A DNA stretch of 63,814 bases, counting the filler, from Hausera hauseri (taxonomy: Eukaryota): assembly GCA_046269625.1 (NCBI GenBank). It is 11 parts of 11 records of this genome, joined end to end, with 100 filler letters (N's around TTAATTAATTAA, not from the genome) between each part and the next. Parts side by side here need not be neighbours in the genome. Positions count along the whole stretch, not along the records: positions 11,759 to 16,434 come from JBJURY010479465.1; positions 16,535 to 24,538 come from JBJURY010826527.1; 9 more parts are not named here. One strand, 5' to 3'. The notes under the pieces were generated by a model. That model saw only the letters and a program-made list of their open reading frames with translations, was not told the origin of the DNA and searched no databases. The first letter of the stretch is position 1. Each line of letters opens with the position of its first letter. Positions 11,923 through 24,638 of the stretch are shown in pieces. The position numbers and the translations under genes are program-made.

Positions 11923-13066
11923 TATGGCAGAAGGGGGCGAAAGAATAGTGGCAATCCCACAGCAGCAGTTAGATGTCATGATGGCAGAATACAGTGCAAT
12001 GAGAACTGCTTATGAGGAGACTAAGAAGTTATTGGAAAAAATGCAGTTAGGGAGTCAGACCCCGATTAAAGAAGGGAAACCATATAAGTCAGGTTTGGGT
12101 AAGGACGACCCGGTCAGAAAAGCACTGGACAAAATAGAGACTATGGTGACAAAGGTAGATATGAACAATAGACATCAAAATATTAGGACATTCGTACAGC
12201 CATTCAGCGGAAGGGAAACTAAAACATTTAAGACGTGGCTGTCGCAGATCGAAAAATACGCATATTTAGTTAAAGCCACTGAGGAAGAAAGAAAGGAATT
12301 GGCATATATGACTTCTGATGGATTGGCGAACGACTTCATTAGACGAAGATTTACGTCGCACCCAGAGGAAACGTGGGAAGAATTTAAGAAAACGCTAGCC
12401 AACAGATATGCCGAGGTCAGTGATGCACACTACGCGGTAGCAGCTCTGAGAAAGATTAAGCAAGAAAAGGAAGAAGCGGTCCAATTGTATGGAGACCGAA
12501 TGCTGAATATGGCTGAAGAGGCGTACACTGGACAAAACATAATGTCCGAGGAGATAGGAAAATTATTAATCCCCATTTTCATAGATGGTTTGAAGAATAC
12601 AAGAATCAAAATCAAGTTGATGAAAGATGAACCGAAGACTATCCAAACAGCGATACAAACGGCAGTAGAAGAAGAGAACTTCAACAAAAGAATCAACATG
12701 AGGTTAGGCAGGGAAAAACATGAGGACAGAAACGAAGAACAGATGGATATAGACCAATATAGACCAAAGTGGCATAGAAGACAGTATGAACATGAACGTC
12801 ACAGAGAAAAGCGGTTCGACAACCGGAAGTTAATCCAAGAAGTTGAAAGGGAAAGGAAATGCTTTAGTTGTGGAAAATCGGGACATTTCGCTAGAGAATG
12901 TCGAAGTAGAACAGCGAAACCGATCAATGACAGACCAAGAATGGGAAATAGTGGAAATTGCTACAGATGTGGTGAAGCAGGGCATTTTACCAGGGTATGC
13001 AAAGCAAATAGTACAGAAGAAGTTAGAGTTCCTAGGCAGCAGGGAAACGGGAGTCCTGCTGTGTAG
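11923..13066 (+). CDS. gag: Ty3/gypsy Gag with two CCHC zinc knuckles (family C)
   Basis: PFSG..FKTWL, TWEEFKKTL, KQEKEEAV, FIDGL, EQMDID, CFSCGKSGHFAREC and CYRCGEAGHFTRVC. Confidence 0.93.
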
Positions 13067-13101
13067 AACGGCCCATGCAGAGCAGGAGAATAGTAAGGGC
13101 C
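13042..13101 (+). promoter_or_regulatory. -1 programmed ribosomal frameshift signal (slippery heptamer + H-type pseudoknot)
   Basis: G GGA AAC in gag frame; 5-nt spacer; stem TCCTGCT(G)TGTA / TGCA(G)AGCAGGA; loop GGCCC (13070-74) complementary to GGGCC (13097-101). The -1 frame is open into ORF 13075-13749. Confidence 0.8.
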
Positions 13102-16100
13102 CACCAGAATAGAAAAAGAGAAAATTCATATCAACGGAACACCGAATACGATAGTCAGGAAAAGAACTCAAGAAGAATCAGGCCGAATATTAGACCAATA
13201 CGGAAGAAAGAAGAGAGATATAGGACTAGAATCATGAAGCGAAGGGAACCGAATGACAGGGACTACAGAGTGGCGAGCTCGAGAAGAAATAATAAGAGAG
13301 AAAGTATGAAAAGAAATTACTACGGAAAATACTATGAAAGAAACAGTAGAAGTTACAACAATACAAGAAGAACTTTGAATTCAAAAAATAACAGGTTGGA
13401 TCGAACCCCAGTAAAAAGGAACAGTTATCGAGAATATGCTAAAACGAAAGGCAAAGAAACTGATAAAGTCAGAGAAACCGGAAATCGTGAAAACCGGCTA
13501 CGTACGCAGCAACAGTGTGAGAAAGCTGAGCAGGAAACAAGAAGTGAAGCAGCGCAAAAATACCGAGATGGAATAGAAAATAAGAGGCATAGTGAACTGG
13601 AGCCTATGGAGGTGGACGAAACTAGACGCAAGGTACAGGGAACAAGAAAAAACCCCCAAAGCAAATCCCACCCTGTCCCAAACACAAGAAGGTCGTTAAC
13701 ACCCACACCCCGATTCCGAAAAAACAACGTCCCTGGCCCGAACAATTAAAAGTGGAAGGTACCAGAAATGAATGCAACAAAAGGGTGAAACAGAAGCAGA
13801 GATATGAAATAAATGTTATAGAGGATCCAAGTTCATATATTTCGGAAAAGTTAGAGTCAGATGTTTAGTAGACACTGGCGCACAAGTTAGCATACTCAGC
13901 GAACGAGTGTACCGGATGTTAAAGATCAAAGGAAAATTAATAAAGCAAGACATTGATCTAAGATCCGTATCCGGAAGCGCGTTAAAAGTATTGGGAAAAA
14001 CCGTACTGGAGTTCCAGATCGGAGACAAAATAATGAAGCACAGTTTTCTAATAGTGAGAAACATGTGTCGAAGCGTGATTATTGGAAGAGACTTCCTCTG
14101 GAAACACAACGTGCAAATTTATTTCGACCTAAAGAATATCAGAGTGGAAGACCAATATGTGGATCTAGAGGACGACATACACATCGCGTCCATCGTTCGA
14201 GTCAGAAAGAAGATAACTATGAAGCCGAACTCTGTGAATATTGTGGTAGCGTCATTAAAAAGAAACAGCTATTGGCACGAAGGGGTAAGCGTAACAGTGA
14301 CCTCACTAAATGAGAAAGAAATAATCGACGAGCCGGGACTGCAAACAGTGTGTGGAATCGTCAAATTAAACAAAAAAAGAGAGATACCAGTAATGATAGT
14401 CAACCATACTGGACAGACAATAACGCTACAAAAGGGGTGTGTCATGGCCAAGGTAGATAAAAGCGAACCGTCGATATGTGCAGCTGTGAACGTGGCCGAA
14501 AGAAATAAGAAGGAGATGATCCAAGAAAAACTAAATAAGTATTGGGAAGAAAAGGCGCGAAGAAGAGCACATCGAGACCGAGTGTTGACAGAGATAAGAG
14601 AAGGGCTATGGATGCGAAAACGAGGACAGATGATTGCAGAAATTAGTCAAGATGACGAAAGAACTAAGAAGTTGTTGGAGACGCTAAAAGTAGATGAAAA
14701 ACATAAATCCTGTATAGAGAACTTTGTAAGAAAACACGCGGACGTTTTCGCCATATCAGATATGGAGTTAGGGCGAACACAGACGGTTACTATGAAAATC
14801 GAGACGGGAGACCATGCTCCTATAAGCCTAAAGCCGTACAGAACACCACTAGGAAATAGAGAGGTGGTAGAGAAAGCGGTGGAGGAGATGCTACGCGCGG
14901 GCATTATTGAAAGGACAAGATCCGAATGGTCGTTCCCAGTAGTAATTGTATCAAAAAAAGATGGCAGCCACAGATTTTGTGTGGATTATAGGGCACTGAA
15001 TGCCATCACCAGCAACGTCAGTTACCCGATGCCGTTAATTGACGACATTTTGGGATTGCTGGACGGAACTACCTACTTCACGACATTGGATGCCAGGTCA
15101 GGATTTTGGTGCATACCTATGTCCACAGAGGCAAAAGCAAAAAGTGCATTCTGTATGCACACAGGCCTTTACGCCTGGAATGTCATTCCCTTTGGCCTCA
15201 AAGGATCACCAGCAACCTATATGTCTCTGATGAATATAGTGTTAGAAGGGATGCAGGCATATGCCCTGGCGTATATTGATGATATATTGATTTTTACTAA
15301 GGGTGACATAAAAGACCACCTAGAACATGTGGAGAAAGTGTTCAACCGATTGAAGGAGCATAAAGTGAAGTTGAAGCTAAGCAAATGCGAGTTTTTGAAG
15401 GAAGAGACAAAGTACTTAGGTTTTGTAATTACCAGGCAAGGAGTAAAACCAGACAACGAAAAAGTGGTAGCCATCAGGTCCATGGCAGCACCAAAAACCA
15501 CCAAGGAAGTACGCGGATTTCTTGGAACGTGCGGATATTACTGACGGTTCATTCCAAATTTTTCCGTAATAGCCGAGCCGTTAGTAGCACTAACGAGGAA
15601 GTTTGCCCGATTCCGCTGGGACGAGAACTGCCAAAGAGCTTTTGAGTATTTGAAAGAAAGTTTGACGGTGGTACCCTTGCTAATGTACCCCAACACTAAT
15701 AAAGAGTATATACTGTATACAGATGCGTCAGAATTCGCCGTAGGAGCAGTACTGGCCCAGAGGGATGGTGAAGAGATGGTGCAAGGGAAGAAGGTGGATA
15801 TGGAAAAACCAATTTATTTCTTGTCCCACAGACTAACCAAATCTCAAAGGAAATGGTCTGTGACAGAAAAAGAAGCATACGCAATCCACTACGCCTTGCA
15901 GAAATTAAACTTTTACCTGCACAACAGTAAATTTACAGTTAAAACAGATCATATGCCACTGAAGGCAATGATGAAAGCAGATGTGCAGAACAAAAGAATT
16001 CAACCGTGGATTCTGAACCTGCAGGGGTATGACATCAACATAGAATATATCCCGGGGCCACAGAATACTATCGCCGATCTGCTGTCGAGACTACCAGACA

Positions 16101-16417
16101 AAAAGAACTATGAAGAACAACTAGAAGAGACTACAGAAGAAGGCACCCCAGAGATTGATGAGCATACGCTGCAAATTTCAGCGATTGAGTCAACAGAAGC
16201 TAAAGAAGATACAACAGGAGAGTCAGCAGTGGAACAAAAGGGGGAAGATGAAAAGGAACTAAATATGAAGGTAGAACAACTAAAAGATGAAGAGCTGCAC
16301 AACATTATTGAAGATTTAAAATCAGGGGTAGAAGAAAAGTTAAAGAAATGGAAAAAGTTTATGCTAGAAGATGAAAAATTGTATAGAGTTGGAAATGAAG
16401 AGAAAAGAAACATCTAA
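13042..16417 (+). mobile_element. pol: Ty3/gypsy pol (Arg-rich N-terminal extension, protease, RT, RNase H), family C; truncated before integrase
   Basis: CLVDTGAQVS; FCVDYRALN, TTLDARSGFW, PFGLK, YIDDILI; LYTDASEFAVGAVL, EKEAYAI, TDH, ADLLSR. Nonsense codon at 15542-15544 (YY*RF) and frameshifts near 13740-13845. Confidence 0.95.
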
Positions 16418-16534
16418 AAAGGAAGTTAGAACTANNNNNNNNNNNNNNNNNNNNNNNNNNNNNNNNNNNNNNNNNNNNTTAATTAATTAANNNNNNNNNN
16501 NNNNNNNNNNNNNNNNNNNNNNNNNNNNNNNNNN

Positions 16535-19500
16535 GTCAGTCAATAATTTTTTTCGATTCAACTCACTGACGTGAATCCGAATATGCAGGTGGCCGGAACT
16601 GGGTCAGTCCAAAATTTTTTTCGATACAACACACTGACGTGAGCCGAATATGCAGGTGTCCGGAACTGGGTCAGTCCAAAATTTTTTTCGATTCAACACA
16701 CTGACGTGTGCCGAATATGCATGTGTCCGGAACTGGGTCACTCCATATTTTTTTTCGATTCAACACACTGACGTGAGTACGAATATGCAGCTGTCTAGAA
16801 CTGGGTCAGTCCAAAATTGTTTTCGATTCAACACACTGACGTGAGCCGAATATGCAGGTGTCCGGAACTGGGTCAGTCCAAAATTTTTCTCGATTCAACA
16901 CACTGACGTGAGCCGAATATGCAGGAGTTCGGAACTGGGTTATTCCATAATTTTTTTCTACTCAGCTCATTGTGGTGAGTCCCAATATGCAGGTTACAGG
17001 AACACGGTCAGTCCAAATTTTTTTTCGATTCGAACAGCTGAAGTAAGTCCGAATATGCAGGTGTCCGCAAGTGGGTAATTCCATAATTTTTTCTACACAG
17101 ATCATTGTGGTGCGACCGAATATGCAGGTGTCCGGAACTGGGTCACACCATATTTTTTTTCGATTCAACACACTGACGTGAGTACGAATATGCATGTGTC
17201 CGCAACTGGGTCAGTCCAAAATTGTTTTTGATTCAACACACTGACGTGAGCCGAATATGCAGGTGTCCGGAAATGGGTCAGTCCAAAATTTTTCTCGATT
17301 CAACACACTGACGTGAGCCGAATATGCAGGTGTCCGGAACTGGGTCATTCCATAATTTTTTTGCACTCAGGTCATTGCGGTAAGATCGAATATGCAAGTG
17401 TCTGGAATTGGGTCAGCCCAAAATTTTTTTCGATTTAACACACTGACTTGAGCCGAATATGCAGGTGTCCGGATCTGGGTCAGTCCATAATTTTTTTCAT
17501 CTCAGATTATTGTGGTGAGTCCGAATATGCAGGTGTCCAGAACTGGGTCAGTCCAAAATTTTTTTCGATTCAACGCACTCACGTGAGCCCTATATGCAGG
17601 TGTCCGGAACTGGGTCAGTCCATAATGTTTTTCTACTCAGCTCATTGTGGTGAGTCCGAATATGCAGGTGACAGTAACAGGGTCGGTCCAAAATTTTTTT
17701 CGATTCGTATAATTGCGGTAAGTCCTAATATGCAGGTGTCCGAAACTGTGTCAGTCCAAAATTTTTTTCGATTCAACACACTGACTTGAGCCGAATATGC
17801 AGGTGACAGGAAGTGCCTCAGTCCATAATTTTTTTCAACTCAGATCATTATGGTGAGTCCGAATATGCAGGTGTCCAAAACAGGGTCAGACCAAAATTTT
17901 TTTCGATTCAACGCACTCACGTGAGCCCTATATGCAGGTGTCCGGAACTGGGTCAGTCCAAAATGTTTTTCTACTCAGCTCATTGTGGTGAGTCCCAATA
18001 TGCAGGTTACAGGAACAGGGTCAGGCCAAAATTTTTTCGATTCGAATAAGTGGAGTAAGTCCGAATACGCAGGTATCCGGAAGTGGGTAATTCCATAATT
18101 TTTTCGACTCAGATCATTGTGGTGAGACCGAATATGCCGGTGTCTGGAACTGGGTCATTCCATAATTTTTTCGACTCAGCTTGCTGTGGTGAGTCCGAAT
18201 ATGCAGGTGTCAGGAAGTGGGTCAGTCCAAAATTTTTTTCGATTCAACACACTCACGTGAGCCGAATATGCAGGTGTCCGGAACTGGGTCACTCCATTTT
18301 TTTTTCGAGTCAGACCATTTTGGTGAGACCGAATATGCAGGTGTCTGGAACTGGGTCATTCCATAATTTTTTCGACTCAGCTCGATGTGGTGAGTCCAAA
18401 TATGCAGGTGTCAGGAAGTGGGTCAGTCCAAAATTTTTCTCGATTCAACTAGCTGTCGTGAGTCGGAATATGCAGGTGTCCGGAACTGGGTCAGTCCAAA
18501 ATTTTTTTCAATTCAACACACTGACGTGAGCCGAATATGCAGGTGTCCGGAACTGGGTCAGTCCAAAATTTTTCTCGTTTCAACTATCTGACGTGAGCCG
18601 AATATGCAGGTGTCCGGAACTGGGTCTCTGCATAATTTTTTTCTACTCCGCTGGTTTGCTTTGTCCGAATATTCAGGTGCCCGGAGCTAAGTCAGTCCAC
18701 AATTTTTTTCGATTCGAATAACTGCGGAGAGTCCTAAAATGCAGGTGTCCGGAGCTGGATCACTCCATAATTCTTTTCTACTGCGCATATTTTGGTGAGT
18801 CCGATTATGCAGATGTCCGGAACTGGGTCAGTCAATAATTTTTTTCGATTCAACTCACTGACGTGAATCCGAATATGCAGGTGGCCGGAACTGGGTCAGT
18901 CCATAATTATTTTCTACTCAGCTCATTTTTGTGAGTCCGAATAGGCAGGTGACAGGAACTAAGTGAGTCCAAAATTTTTTTCGATTAGTATGATTGAGAT
19001 AAGTCGTAATATGCAGGTGTCCGAAACTGTGTCAGTCCAAATTTTTTTTGATTCGAATAATTGCGGAGAGTCCTAAAATGCAGGTGTCCGGAACTGGGAT
19101 AGTCCATAATTTTTTTCAAGTCAGATCATTGTAGTGAGTCCGAATATGCAGGTATATGGAACTGTGTCATTCCATAATCTTTTCGACTCAGCTAGTTTTC
19201 GTGAGTCCGAATATGCAGGTGTCCAAAACAGGGTCAGTTCAAAATTTTTTCAATTCGAATAATTGAAGTAAGTCCGAATACGCAGGTGTCCGGAACTGGG
19301 TCATTCCATACTTTTTTTCGACTCAGTTCATTGTAGTGAGACCGAATATGCAGGTTTCCGGAATTGAGTCAGTCAATAAATATTTTCAACTCAGATCATT
19401 GTGGTGAGTCCGAATATGCAGGTGTCCAAAACAGGGTCAGTCCAAAATTTTTTCGATTCGAATAATTGCGGTAAATCCGAATACGCAGGTGTCCGGAAAT

Positions 19501-22500
19501 GGGTCATTCCATAATTTTTTCGACTCAGATCATTGTGGTGAGTCCGAATAAGCAGGTGTCCAAACCAGGGTCAGTCGAAAATTTTTTCGATTCGAATAAT
19601 TGAGGTAAATCCGAATACTCAGGTGTCCGGAAATGGGTCATTCCAAAAATTTTTTCGACTCAGATCATTGTGGTGAGCCGAGTATGCTTGCGTCCGAAAT
19701 AGGGTAAGTCCAAAATTTTTCTCGATTCAACTCACTGCTGTGAGTCCGAATATGCAGGTGTCCGGAACTGGGTCACTCCAAAATTTTTTTCGATTTGAAT
19801 AATTGCGGTAAGTCCTAATATGCAGGTTTCCGGAACTAGGTCAGTCCATATTTTTTTTCAACTCAGATCATTGTGGTGAGTCCGAATATGCAGTTGTCCA
19901 AAACACGGTCAGTACAAAATTTTTTTCGATTCGAATAACGGCCGTAAATCCAAATGAGCAGGTGTCCGGAACTGGGTCAGTCCATAATTTTTTTTGACCC
20001 AGATCATTGTGGTGAGTCCGAAAATTCATGTGTCCGAAACTGGGTCGGTCCAAAATTTTTTCTATTCAACACACTTCTGTGAGTCCGAATGTGCAGGTGT
20101 CCGGAACTGGGTCATTCCATTATTTTTTTTGACCCAGCTCATTGTGGTGAGCCCGAATATGCAGGTGTCCGGAACTGGGTCAGTCCATAATTTTTTTTAA
20201 CTCCGATCATTGTGGTGAGTCCGAATATGCAGGTGACAGGAACAGGGTCAGTTCAAAATTTTTTTCGACTCAACACACTGATGTGAGCCGAATATGCAGG
20301 TGTACGGAACTGGGTCAGTCCATAATTTTTTTTGACCCAGATCATTGTGGTGAGTTTTAATATGCAGGAGTACGAAACTATGTCAGCCTCAAATTTATTT
20401 CCAATCGAATAATTGCGGTAAGTCCTAATATCCAGACGTCCAGAACTGGTTAAGTTGAAAATTTTTCTAATTCGAAAAACTGTGGTGAGTCCGATTATGC
20501 CGATGTCCGGAACTTGGTCAGTCCACAATTATTTCGATTCAACTTATTGACGTGAGCCGAATATGCAGGTCTCCGGAACATGGTCAGTCCACAATTTTTT
20601 TCGATTCAACTTACTGACGTGAGTCCGAATATGCAGGTGTCCGGAACTGGGTCAGTCCAAAATTTTTTTGGATTCGTTTAATTGCGGAGTCCAAAAACGC
20701 AGGTGTCCGGAACTGGGTCTCTGCATAATTTTTTTCTACTCAGCTCATTGTGGTGAGTCCCAATATGCAGGTTACAGGAACAGGGTCAGGCAAAAATTTT
20801 TTCGATTCGAACAAATGAAGTAAACCCGAATATACAGGTGTCCGAAACTGGGTCAATCAATAAATTTTTTATACTCAGCTCATAGTGGTGATTCCGAATA
20901 TGCAGGTGTCCGGAACTAGGTCAGTCCAAAATTTTTTTCGATTCAAATCACTGACCTGTGCCGAATATGCAGGTGTCCGGAACTGGGTCAGTCCAAAATT
21001 TTTTTCACCTCAGAATATTGTGGGGAGTCCCAATATGCAGGTGTCCGGAAATTGGTCAGTCCAAAATTTTTCTCGATTCAACTCACTGACGTTAAACGAA
21101 TATGCAGGTGCCCGGTACTTGGTCAGTCCAAAATTTTTCTCGATTCATCTAACTGTCGTGAGTCCGAATATGCAGGTGTCCGGCACTATGTCATTGCAAT
21201 ATTTTTTTGGATTCAACACACTGACGTGAGCCGATTGTGCAAGTGTCCGGAACTGGGTCAGTCCAAAATTTTTTTCAATTCGTATAATTGCGGAGTCCAC
21301 AAACGCCGGTGTCCCGAACTGGGTCTCTGCATAAATTTTTTCTACTCAGCTCATTTTGGTTTGTCCGAAAACGCAGGTGCCCGGAACTGTGTCACTCCAT
21401 AATTTTTGTCTACTCAGCTCATTGTGGTGAGTCCCAATATGCAGGTTACAGGAACAGGGTCAGTCCAAAATTTTTTCGATTCGAATAATTGAAGTAAGGC
21501 CGAATATGCAGGTGTCCGGAATTGGGTCATTCCATAATTTTTCGACTCGGCACATTTTGGTGAGTCCGAATATGCAGGTGTCCGGAAGTGGGTCATTTTA
21601 TAATTTTTTTCGAGTCAGATCATTGTGGTGAGACCGAATATGCAGGTGTCTGGAACTGGGTCATTCCATAATTATTTCGACTCAGCTCGCTGTGGTTAGT
21701 CCGAATATGCAGGTGTCAGGAAGTGGGTCAGTCCACATTTTTATTCGATTCACTGACTTGAGCCGAATGTGCAAATGTCCGGAACTGGGTCAGTCGATAA
21801 TTATATTCCACTTAGATCATTGTGGTAAGTCCGAATATGCAGGTGTCCGGAACTGGGCCAGTCAATAATTTTTTTCTACTCATATCATTGTGGTGAGTCT
21901 GAATATGCAGGTGACAGGAACTGGGTCAGTCCAAAATTTTCTTCGATTCGTAAAATTGCGCTTTGTCCTAATATGCAGGAGTCCGAAACTGTGTCAGTCC
22001 AAATTTTTTTCGATTCGAATAATTACGGAGAGTCATAAAATGCAGGTGTCCGGAACTGTGTCACTCCATAATTTTTTTCTACTCAGCTCATTGTGGTGAG
22101 TCCCAATATGCAGGTTACAGGAACAGGGTCAGTCCAAAATTTTTATCGATTCGAACAAATGAAGTAAGTCCGAATATGCACGTGTCCGGAAGTGGGTCAT
22201 TCCATAATATTTTTCGAGTCAGATCATTGTGCTGAGACCGAATATGCAGGTGTCTGGAACTGGGTCAGTCCAAAATTTTTCTCGATTCAACACACTGACG
22301 TGAGCCGAATATGCAGGTGTCCGGAACTGGGTCAATCTATAATTTTTTTCACCCCAGATTATTGTGGTGTGTCCGAATATGCAGATGTCCGGAACTGGGT
22401 CAGTCCAAAATATTTTTCGATTCAATGCACTGACATGAGCCGAATATGCAGGTGTCTGGAACTGGGTCATTCCATAATTTTTTCGACTCAGCTCGCTGTG

Positions 22501-24538
22501 GTGAGTCCGAATATGCAAGTGCCCTGAACTGGGTCAGTCCACAATTTTATTCTATTCAACACACTGACTTGAGTCCGAATATGCAGGTGTCCGGAACTGG
22601 GTCAGTCAGTAATTTTTTTCACCCCAAATTATTGTAGTGAGTCCGAATATGCAGATGTCCGGAACTGGGTCAGTCCAAAGTTTTTTTTGTCTCAACACAC
22701 TGATGTGAGCCGAATATGCAGATGTCCGGAACTGTGTCAGACCAAAATTTTTTTCGATTCAACTGACTGACGTGAGTCCGAATATGCAGATGCCCGGAAC
22801 TGGGTCAGTTAAAAGTTTTTTTTGTCTCAACACACTGATGTGAGCCGAATTTGCATGTGTCCGGAACTGGGTCACTGGGTAATTTTTTTCACCCCAGATT
22901 ATTGTGGTGAGTCCGAATATGCAGATGTCCGGAACTGGGTCAGTCAAACATTTTTTTCCATTCAACTCACTGACGTGTGTGCGAGTATGCAGGTGTTTGG
23001 AACTGGGTCAGTCAGTAATTTTTTTCACCCCAAATTATTGTGGTGAGTCCGAATATGCAGATGTCCGGAACTGGGTCAGTCCAAAGTTTTTTATATTCAG
23101 CTCATAGATGTGAGTCCGAAAATGCAGGTGTCCGGAACTGGGTCAGTCCAAAATTTTTTTCGATTCGTATAATTGCGGAGTGTCCAAGAACCTCGGTGTC
23201 CGGAACTGGGTCACTCCATGATTTTTTCTACTTAGATCATTGTGGTCAATCCCAATATGTAGGTTACAGGAACAGGGTTAGTCCAAAATTTTTTTCGATT
23301 CGAAGAAATGAAGTAAGTCCGAATATGCAGGTGTCCGGAAGTGGGTCATTCCATAATTTTTTCGACTCAGATCATTTTGGTGAGACCGAATATGCAGGTG
23401 ACTGGAACTGGGTAATTCCATAATTTTTTCGACTCAGCTCGATGTTGTGAGTCCGAATATGCAGGTGTCAGGAAGTGGGTCAGTCCAAAATTTTTCTCGA
23501 TTCAAGTAAATGACGTGAGTCCGAAAATGCAGGTGTCCCGAACTGGGTCATTCCATAATTTTTTCGACTCAGCTCGATGTTGTGAGTCCGAATATGCAGA
23601 TGTCCGGAACTGGGTCAGTCCACAATTTTTTTTGTCTCAACACGCTGATGTGAGCCGAATATGCAGATGTCCGGAACTGTGTCAGACCAAAATTTTTTTC
23701 GATTCAATACACTGATGTAAGCCGAATTTGCAGGTGTCCGGAACTGGGTCACTCAGTAATTTTTTTCACCCCAGATTATTGTGGTGAGTCCAAATATGCA
23801 AATGTCCGGAACTGTGTCAGACCAAAATTTTTTTCGATTCAATACACTGATGTGAGCAGAATTTGCAGGTGTCCGGAACTGAGTCAGTCAGTAATTTTTT
23901 TCACCCCAGATTATTGTAGTGAGTCCGAATATGCAGGTGTCCGGAACTGAATCAGTCCAAAATTTTTTTCGATTCGTATAATTGCGGTAAGTCCTAATAT
24001 GCAGGTGTCCGAAACTGTGTCAGTCGAAATTTTTTTCGATTCGAATAATTGCGGAGAGTCCTAAAATGCAGATGTCCGGAACTGTGTCACTCCATAATTT
24101 TTTTCTACTCAGCTCATTATGGTGAGTCCCAATATGCAGGTTACAGGAACAGGGTCAGTCCAAAATTTTTTTCGATTCGAACAGATGAAGTAAGTCCGAA
24201 TATTCAGGTGTCCGGAAGTGGGTCATTCCATAATTTTTTTCGACTCAGACCACTGTGGTGAGACCGAATATGCAGGTGTCTGGAAGTGGGTCAGTCCAAA
24301 ATTTTTCTCGATTCAACTAACTGACGTGAGCCGGAATATGCAGATATCCGGAACTGGGTCAGTCCACAATTTTATTCTATTCAACACACTGACTTGAGTC
24401 CGAATATGCAGGTGTCCGGAACTGGGCCAGTCGGTAATTTTTTTCACCCCAAATTATTGTAGTGAGTCCGAATATGCAGATGTCCGGAACTGGGTCAGTC
24501 CACAATTTTTTTTGTCTCAACACGCTGATGTGAGCCGA
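16535..24538. repeat. Tandem satellite, ~67-70-bp monomer, roughly 115-120 copies, filling the whole contig
   Basis: Conserved GAGTCCGAATATGCAGGTGTCCGGAACTGGGTCAGTCCA-AAA-T(6-8) followed by a variable ~20-nt segment drawn from a few recurring types. Confidence 0.97.
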
Positions 24539-24638
24539 NNNNNNNNNNNNNNNNNNNNNNNNNNNNNNNNNNNNNNNNNNNNTTAATTAATTAANNNNNN
24601 NNNNNNNNNNNNNNNNNNNNNNNNNNNNNNNNNNNNNN

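Noticed and set aside
16650-24261. The many short ORFs in the satellite
   Set aside because: They are periodic translations of the ~68-bp repeat in rotating frames.
16535-24538. CRISPR array
   Set aside because: The variable segments are not unique spacers but a few related variants that recur many times; repeats are degenerate; no cas genes; eukaryotic context.
16535-24538. Hammerhead ribozyme or tRNA-derived satellite
   Set aside because: CTGACGTGAG/CTGATGTGAG..GAATA does not match the CUGANGA..GAAA core on either strand; TTCGATTC lacks the G and the paired T-stem of a B-box.
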